NCBI GenBank assembly: GCA_963204965.1 | Contig: CAUJKA010000218.1 | Coordinates: 17,464-81,463, forward strand | DNA: 64,000 nt | Source: Planctomycetota bacterium | GTDB lineage: Bacteria > Planctomycetota > Planctomycetia > Pirellulales > Pirellulaceae | Direction of reading: 5' to 3' | In this document: positions 58,313 through 64,000 of the stretch, piece by piece | How positions within the stretch are numbered: position 1 is the stretch's first letter | Layout of the letters: every line of letters starts with the position of its first letter | Notes under the pieces: model-generated | What the model was told of the DNA's origin: nothing | Databases searched by the model: none | The model's input: only the letters and a program-made list of their open reading frames with translations | Translations under genes and position numbers: made by a program

Positions 58313-60001
58313 ATGCTTTCCAAATTCAAATCAGTCTTAGCTTGTTTGGTTATCTTGTGTATTGGCCTAAATTGCTACGGCCAGAACATGCTGGTTAAGG
58401 ACGTCAAGCTACCCAAGGATGCGTCCGATGTGACCTACAACAAGAGCCGAGGCGATGTGCGCTTCAAGATTTCCATGGACATGAAAGCCGCTGGCGAGTT
58501 TTTTAAGGCCGAGCTGACCAAGGACCAATGGACGAAACCCAAGAAGGACAACTTGCAAAAGAGCTTTTGGGTACAAACATTCTCTAAGCAGGGTAAGACG
58601 CTTGAAGTTCGCACAGAGAACGCAGCCGGTGGCTGTGAAGTGCGATTAACGCCAACTGGTCTGCTTTGGGATGAAGATTTCGCGCCGCTCGTTAAGGACA
58701 TTCCGCTTCCTCCTGATGCGAGCGAGACTAAATACGATGACTTCTTCGAGTCGATTGAGTTTCAACACACGCTCACGACCAAAGAGCTATCCGATTTCTA
58801 TGCGCAGAAACTGGACTCGAAAGTTTGGAGCCCTTCTGGTGAAGACACTCTTAGCGAGCGGAGCGCATCACTCAAGAGAATTTCGGGGACTGCAACGCTA
58901 AGCATTACGATCTCCACTTCGGACCAACAGCGCAAGGTGAGAATCAAGACTAAGGGGATGTCCTGGGACGAGATCAAGAAGTCTAACGAAATGGCTGAGA
59001 AAAAGAAGGAAGCCAGCAAATCAGCTCCATCAGCCACTGCCTCTACCAAGAATACTGCACCACCACGAATAGCTAAGCCTGCCAAAGGCATCGACAAATT
59101 GGAAAAGCTCGTTTCCAAATGTACGCTGACTATGGATGGCGTGGCGATCGAGCTCAAGGAGATTACGGCCTATGAGGTGATCTCGTATGGAAAGTGGAAT
59201 ACTCATGTTATCGCCACCGCCGTTCCGCTCAAGCAGGAAGCCCTACTCGCACTGCTCAAGTCCAACACGCCCGAGCAAGACTGGGACCAAAAGTGGAAGT
59301 TGCCTTCCCCTTTCGTCAAGCTAGTTCTTGATGAAGCTGACAAACCAGATTCGATGCAGTTAGTGGCAAACAACGTTCCAGGCAGCGAATCGGACCGTCA
59401 GTTGCAAGGCGAGGCGATAGTAGAGAATGGTCGCGCACGTGGGACGGTCGCCATGCCCAAGGGCTCGTTCTTTAAGCATAATTTCTCGGTCGATTTCACC
59501 TTCGACGTAAACTTGCTTTCCAAAGATGCGGCCCCTCAAAGCCTGATTGCCAATTCCCCCAAACTTGAGAATAAGGGCACGATCGTCATGGCCGGTCGAA
59601 AAGTAGCTCTTCCGAATGTGGTTGCTTATCAACGCGAGCAAGGTAGTGAAAAAGTCACTTGTGTTCTGCTGACGGAAAAGGCTCTCGATACAAGCAAAAT
59701 CAAGGCTTCGCTAGTCAAATCGGGAGAGGTTGAAATGAGCGTCGTCGGATTTCAGCCGCAAATTGAATTCACGATCAACGCGTCGGATGAAATCCAGTCA
59801 GTCAACTTCTACTGCGATGGTGCATCGCTAAGCATGAGCGGAATGGACAAGCTGGATTCGACTATTCAAACTGAAGCTGATCGCGTTCGTGGCACAACCA
59901 AGCTGCGAGTTGCAGAGGACTTTTTTGGCAAGAAGATCGAGTTTCAGGCCAGCTTTGATACCAAGCTGCTGAATTCTGGTATCAAAAAGGGCTCGAAGTA
60001 A
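58313..60001 (+). CDS. Secreted hypothetical protein with an internally duplicated N-terminal domain
   Basis: I set the start to ATG 58313, which exposes the signal peptide MLSKFKSVLACLVILCIGLNCYG; the track starts at 58205. Two related modules of about 100 aa are present (VKDVKLPKDASDVTYNK... and VKDIPLPPDASETKYDD...), followed by a Lys/Ala/Ser linker and a C-terminal domain of about 300 aa. Confidence 0.7.
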   Translation: MLSKFKSVLACLVILCIGLNCYGQNMLVKDVKLPKDASDVTYNKSRGDVRFKISMDMKAAGEFFKAELTKDQWTKPKKDNLQKSFWVQTFSKQGKTLEVRTENAAGGCEVRLTPTGLLWDEDFAPLVKDIPLPPDASETKYDDFFESIEFQHTLTTKELSDFYAQKLDSKVWSPSGEDTLSERSASLKRISGTATLSITISTSDQQRKVRIKTKGMSWDEIKKSNEMAEKKKEASKSAPSATASTKNTAPPRIAKPAKGIDKLEKLVSKCTLTMDGVAIELKEITAYEVISYGKWNTHVIATAVPLKQEALLALLKSNTPEQDWDQKWKLPSPFVKLVLDEADKPDSMQLVANNVPGSESDRQLQGEAIVENGRARGTVAMPKGSFFKHNFSVDFTFDVNLLSKDAAPQSLIANSPKLENKGTIVMAGRKVALPNVVAYQREQGSEKVTCVLLTEKALDTSKIKASLVKSGEVEMSVVGFQPQIEFTINASDEIQSVNFYCDGASLSMSGMDKLDSTIQTEADRVRGTTKLRVAEDFFGKKIEFQASFDTKLLNSGIKKGSK

Positions 60002-60097
60002 CCGAAGTACTTAACAATTGTTGACTGGCAGCGGGCAACACTCGGAATCGTCGATGACTGCACCGTTGACTTCCACACTAAAGACGGGTTACTCTCC

Positions 60098-60136
60098 AAA
60101 AGCAGCGGAAGGCACATGGAATGTGTCTGCTGCTTT
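60098..60136 (+). terminator. Possible terminator hairpin downstream of 58313..60001
   Basis: AAAGCAGC...GCACAT-gga-ATGTGT...GCTGCTTT has outer 8-bp arms at 60098-60105 and 60129-60136. It ends in TTT, but the U-tract is weak. Confidence 0.25.
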
Positions 60137-60387
60137 GGGCCTGATACTTGTGTCTAGGCTGACGAAAGCAGCGTTGTTCGACTTAGCTGGGTTTCGCTTG
60201 GCCGTTAAATTGCTTGCGATCTAATACAAGTGCTGCCCCCTTGTTGGCCACTCAAATCCCAGCAAAATAGACACTTCTCAACGAATGCCACCATTCAACG
60301 CGACTGGCCCTCAGAGGCGATAAGCCTCGCCACTATCGGGCAAGCTGTGGGATTCTTCTACTTCAAGACTCAAGGATTACTCCGTCT

Positions 60388-63300
60388 ATGAATCTCGATA
60401 GCATTGCCGCACAACTCACCAAGTGTGACGCGAAGGACATTCGAAGTATCGCTCAAGCAGCCATCGTGCTCGCTCGACAGATTCAAGTGCGTGCTAAAGC
60501 TCTGCAGACACCTGCCGAACGTCGACAGCAGGCCGAACTTGACCGCATGGTTCAGCATCCACGCGACAAGGCCACGTTGACGCAGATGACGGATCAAGCT
60601 TTTCGTAGCCATCGATCAGCTCGCGCGGCGGATCAATTGACGCACATCTTGGACGTGCAGGGCATTCCGCGATTCTTTAGTCCGTTGGACCGCACGATGC
60701 TTCGCGGATTCCAATCCTTCGGTGGCTACCTACCAGGTGTCGCCGTTCCATTGGTAAAAGAGAAGATGCGCAGCGAAACGGCTAACGTGATTCTTCCAGC
60801 CGAACCCGAGCTGCTTGGCCAACACCTGCAGGAGCGAATCAACGAAGGCATTCGAATGAATGTCAACCTTTTGGGTGAAGCAATCTTAGGCGAACAAGAA
60901 GCCGAGCAGCGATTGGCGGCCTATCTCGCAGCCTTGCAGTTGCCTGAAATCGAGTGCGTATCGATCAAGGTCTCCACGCTCTACTCACAGATTTCGACCG
61001 TAGCACGAGCGGCCACGGTCAAGGTCTTGATGAAGCGGTTGGAACTGCTCTATCGCGCCGCAGCTCGACATCGCTTCAAGAAGGCTGATGGTACTGAAGT
61101 GCCCAAGTTCGTCTACTTGGACATGGAAGAATACCGAGACATGGAGCTAACGGGCGAAGTCTTTATGCGAACGCTCGATCAACCCGAGATGGCTCAAGTC
61201 CGAGCGGGAGTTGCACTTCAAGCTTACATCCCTGATAGCCATCGACTACAGCGAAGCATTACCGAGTGGGCTCGCAAGAGAGTCGCCGCCGGCGGCGCGG
61301 CGGTGACTGTTCGTATCGTCAAAGGTGCGAACATGGAAATGGAACGCGTGGAAGCTTCGCATCGAGGCTGGCCGCAAGCTCCCTACCAAAAGAAGATCGA
61401 TACCGATGCGAACTACAAACGCATGGTCGTGTATGGTTTGCAGCCAGAGAATATCGCGGCCGTTAAGCTGGGCATCGCCAGTCACAATCTGTTTGAAGTC
61501 GCCTTCGCAATCATCCTGGCAGCCAAGCTCGGCACGATTGAGCAGATTCAGTTTGAAATGCTGGAAGGAATGGCCAATCATCAGCGGCGAGCCCTGCATG
61601 AGCTGGTCGATAATCTGTTGCTATACGCGCCGGCTTGTCAAAAAGAGAATTTCATCAATGCGATCGGCTATCTGGTGCGTCGGATGGACGAGAATACTGG
61701 CCCAGAGAATTTTCTGCGGCATGCGTTTAAGATCGAAGTTGATGGTCCCGATTGGCAGTCGATGGAGAAGATCTTCATGGACTCGGTCGACCGCATGGCG
61801 ACAGTCAGCGATGCTCCACGACGCACACAGCTTCGCTCGATCCCTCCAGTTCAGCCTCCTGCGCCGACTGATTGGCGATCGTTAGAGAACGAAGCCGATA
61901 CGGACTTTACTTTGCCAGCCGCAGCAACGTGGGCTCAGTCAATCGTCGATAGTTGGAAGCATCGCTGTGATTCGCAAGCGACCGAAGTTCTACACTCGAT
62001 CGGCTCGGGCGATGAAGCCGGTCAGGGCGATAGCTGCCAGTCGTTAGATCCATCGCGACCGGGAGTCGTCGTTGCAAACTTCAAGATGGCCTCGGCTGAA
62101 CAGCTTCATCGCGCATTGCAATGCGCCTCTGACGATCCGTCGGGATGGCGAAGCATGGCTCCCGGCGATCGATATGAGTTGCTACGTCGAGTCGCTCAGA
62201 GAATTCGCGAGCGTCGCGCCGATCTGATGGGCGCTGCAATGGCCGATGCAGGTAAGACGTTGCCGGAGTCGGACCCAGAAGTCTCCGAAGCGATCGACTT
62301 CGCCGAGTTCTACGCAAAGACCGCTCTTGAGATTCAGCAGACCGCAGCATACTCCACCAAGCCGCGCGGTGTTGTTGTGGTCATCAGTCCTTGGAATTTT
62401 CCAATAGCCATTCCCTTTGGTGGAATCGCAGCGGCTCTAGCTGCCGGCAACACAGTGATCCTAAAGCCCGCGACAGAAACAGCCTTGGTGGCTCGCGTAC
62501 TTTGCGAGTGCATTTGGGAAGCCGGTGTGCCGCGTCAAGCTGTACAACTGGTTGTTTGTGACGGCCCTGAAGCGAGCAAGCATCTGCTTTCCAGCCCCAT
62601 CGTTTCGACATGCATCTTTACTGGAGGCACCGAAACGGCGCGGCGCATACTGTCGGCGCGACCTGACTTGCATCTGCTCGCTGAAACTGGTGGCAAGAAC
62701 GCAACGATCATCTCTTCGCTGAGCGACCGAGATTTGGCGATCAAGAACATTCTGCATTCCGCCTTTTCGCACGCGGGACAAAAATGTAGCGCTACCAGCC
62801 TGCTTCTGCTCGAAGACGAAGTCTTCCACGACAAACAGTTCCGCGAACTGTTGATGGACGCGGCCGGAAGTATTCGCGTTGGTTCAGCGTGGGATCTTAG
62901 AACCAAGATGGGGCCGTTGGTCAGACCACCGCAAGGTGCTCTGCTGCGAGGCTTGACCGAACTTGCGCCGATGGAACGTTGGGCCTTGATGCCTAGGAAT
63001 CTAGAAGAGAATCCGTGCATGTATTCGCCCGGTATCAAGTGGGAAGTTCAACCCGGCAGCTTCACGCATTTGACCGAGTTGTTCGGGCCGGTCCTAGGTG
63101 TGATGCATTTTGATCGTTTAGATGAAGCCATCGATCTCGTTCATCAAACCGGTTATGGACTAACCAGCGGACTGGAGAGCTTGGATGACCGCGAGCAAAC
63201 TCTGTGGGCTTCGCGACTTCAAGCGGGCAATCTTTACATCAATCGTTCGACCACCGGAGCCATCGTATTGCGACAACCTTTCGGTGGCATGGGTAAGAGT

Positions 63301-64000
63301 GCCTTTGGGCCAGGAATCAAAGCTGGTGGCCCTAACTATGTCGTACCGCTGATGGACTTTGATAAGGTCGCTAAAGTTCCAGAACAAACAGCATCGACTT
63401 CTAATGCAGATGCGATCGATTTGTTGCCGAATGTTGCGCCAAATATTTCCGGGCTAGCCGAGTTCTGGAGCGTAATAGTCTCGGATCATCCCGCCGCGCT
63501 GGTCCTGCGAAAACAATTGGGCAGCCAAGGGCTGAAGCTCTTGTGCGAAGCCGTTGCTGATTACAATCGATTTGCAACCGCCGAGATTCTTAAGTCGCAC
63601 GACACGCTTAAGCTGGTTGGCCAAGATAACATTCGTCGATACCAGAGCATTCCTCATCTGCGAATTCGACTGCACGAAAGCGATCAGTGGTTAGATATCC
63701 TCTGCCGCGCGGTCGCTGTGATTGCAACCGGTGGTCGAGCGGCCATTAGCCAACCACCGCACGTACATTCGGACAAAGTCGAGTTGTTGGAAACACTGAC
63801 ACATGCCTGGGCTGGTGATCTGGAGTTCGTTGAAGAGAGTGACGATGAGCTGGCTGATTCGATTGAACAAGGTTGGGTTGACCGAGTGCGCTATAGCTCG
63901 GCGACACACGTTCCCATCAATGTTCGCAAAGCCGCAACGGCTCGATTCGTTTACATCGCCGACTCCCCGGTGACAAGGATTGGTCGCGTTGAACTATTGT
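60388..64000 (+). CDS. putA: Bifunctional proline dehydrogenase / L-glutamate-gamma-semialdehyde (P5C) dehydrogenase, 3'-truncated by the window edge
   Basis: This ORF is not in the supplied track because it has no stop in the window. I translated it from ATG 60388 and found it open to nt 64000. PRODH motifs: VRIVKGANMEMERVEA, FEMLEGMANH, YLVRRMDENTGPENF. ALDH motifs: VISPWNFPIAIP, LAETGGKNATII, HAGQKCSATS. Confidence 0.9.
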   Translation, partial: MNLDSIAAQLTKCDAKDIRSIAQAAIVLARQIQVRAKALQTPAERRQQAELDRMVQHPRDKATLTQMTDQAFRSHRSARAADQLTHILDVQGIPRFFSPLDRTMLRGFQSFGGYLPGVAVPLVKEKMRSETANVILPAEPELLGQHLQERINEGIRMNVNLLGEAILGEQEAEQRLAAYLAALQLPEIECVSIKVSTLYSQISTVARAATVKVLMKRLELLYRAAARHRFKKADGTEVPKFVYLDMEEYRDMELTGEVFMRTLDQPEMAQVRAGVALQAYIPDSHRLQRSITEWARKRVAAGGAAVTVRIVKGANMEMERVEASHRGWPQAPYQKKIDTDANYKRMVVYGLQPENIAAVKLGIASHNLFEVAFAIILAAKLGTIEQIQFEMLEGMANHQRRALHELVDNLLLYAPACQKENFINAIGYLVRRMDENTGPENFLRHAFKIEVDGPDWQSMEKIFMDSVDRMATVSDAPRRTQLRSIPPVQPPAPTDWRSLENEADTDFTLPAAATWAQSIVDSWKHRCDSQATEVLHSIGSGDEAGQGDSCQSLDPSRPGVVVANFKMASAEQLHRALQCASDDPSGWRSMAPGDRYELLRRVAQRIRERRADLMGAAMADAGKTLPESDPEVSEAIDFAEFYAKTALEIQQTAAYSTKPRGVVVVISPWNFPIAIPFGGIAAALAAGNTVILKPATETALVARVLCECIWEAGVPRQAVQLVVCDGPEASKHLLSSPIVSTCIFTGGTETARRILSARPDLHLLAETGGKNATIISSLSDRDLAIKNILHSAFSHAGQKCSATSLLLLEDEVFHDKQFRELLMDAAGSIRVGSAWDLRTKMGPLVRPPQGALLRGLTELAPMERWALMPRNLEENPCMYSPGIKWEVQPGSFTHLTELFGPVLGVMHFDRLDEAIDLVHQTGYGLTSGLESLDDREQTLWASRLQAGNLYINRSTTGAIVLRQPFGGMGKSAFGPGIKAGGPNYVVPLMDFDKVAKVPEQTASTSNADAIDLLPNVAPNISGLAEFWSVIVSDHPAALVLRKQLGSQGLKLLCEAVADYNRFATAEILKSHDTLKLVGQDNIRRYQSIPHLRIRLHESDQWLDILCRAVAVIATGGRAAISQPPHVHSDKVELLETLTHAWAGDLEFVEESDDELADSIEQGWVDRVRYSSATHVPINVRKAATARFVYIADSPVTRIGRVELL

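Noticed and set aside
60370-63909. Track ORFs 60370..60612 (-), 61246..61599 (-), 61325..61885 (+), 62081..63038 (-), 63160..63909 (-) and others
   Set aside because: All lie inside, and out of frame with or antisense to, the putA reading frame, which carries strong PRODH and ALDH motifs.

Overview
This 64-kb window is gene-dense bacterial chromosome, about 90% coding. I found no rRNA, tRNA, CRISPR array, transposase or integrase. The gene content suggests Planctomycetota, probably Pirellulales-like, but that is an inference rather than a search result. The supporting features are a 21-kb single ORF whose N-terminus carries an R-rich / FETFEARNHLAV motif, a membrane Ser/Thr kinase with a TPR ectodomain, and REP-like palindromes.

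The window has three blocks.

(1) Nt 2989-11330: a tightly packed minus-strand operon of sulfotransferase, SDR, KAS-III and carrier-protein::thioesterase. It is divergent from a translationally coupled HlyD adaptor and fused ABC ATPase/ABC-2 permease exporter.

(2) Nt 15199-31385: a six-gene plus-strand operon.
- A single-module reducing type I PKS (KS-AT-DH-degenerate ER-KR-ACP, with no loading or release domain).
- An alpha-oxoamine synthase.
- An MECR/Etr1-type enoyl reductase.
- An unusual metallo-beta-lactamase::membrane-fusion-protein fusion.
- An RND pump.
- A CrtI/RetSat-like flavoprotein.

Blocks 1 and 2 are separated only by two hypothetical genes, PolX, and an 800-bp repeat- and hairpin-rich non-coding region. 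Together they look like an uncharacterised pathway for a long-chain amino and/or sulfated lipid or an olefin, with dedicated export.

(3) Nt 31510-55779: a 7079-aa mosaic secreted protein, followed 3 nt later by the Ser/Thr kinase. Its parts are Pmp-like repeats, three GSLRQ-headed beta-helix modules, LamG, PKD x6, about 59 acidic 20-residue repeats, an embedded HExxHxxGxxH protease with a PPC domain, MBG x4 and RTX.

The right end carries small membrane or secreted hypotheticals and a 3'-truncated putA that is missing from the supplied ORF track. All functional calls rest on motifs I could read directly in the translations. No database search was run.
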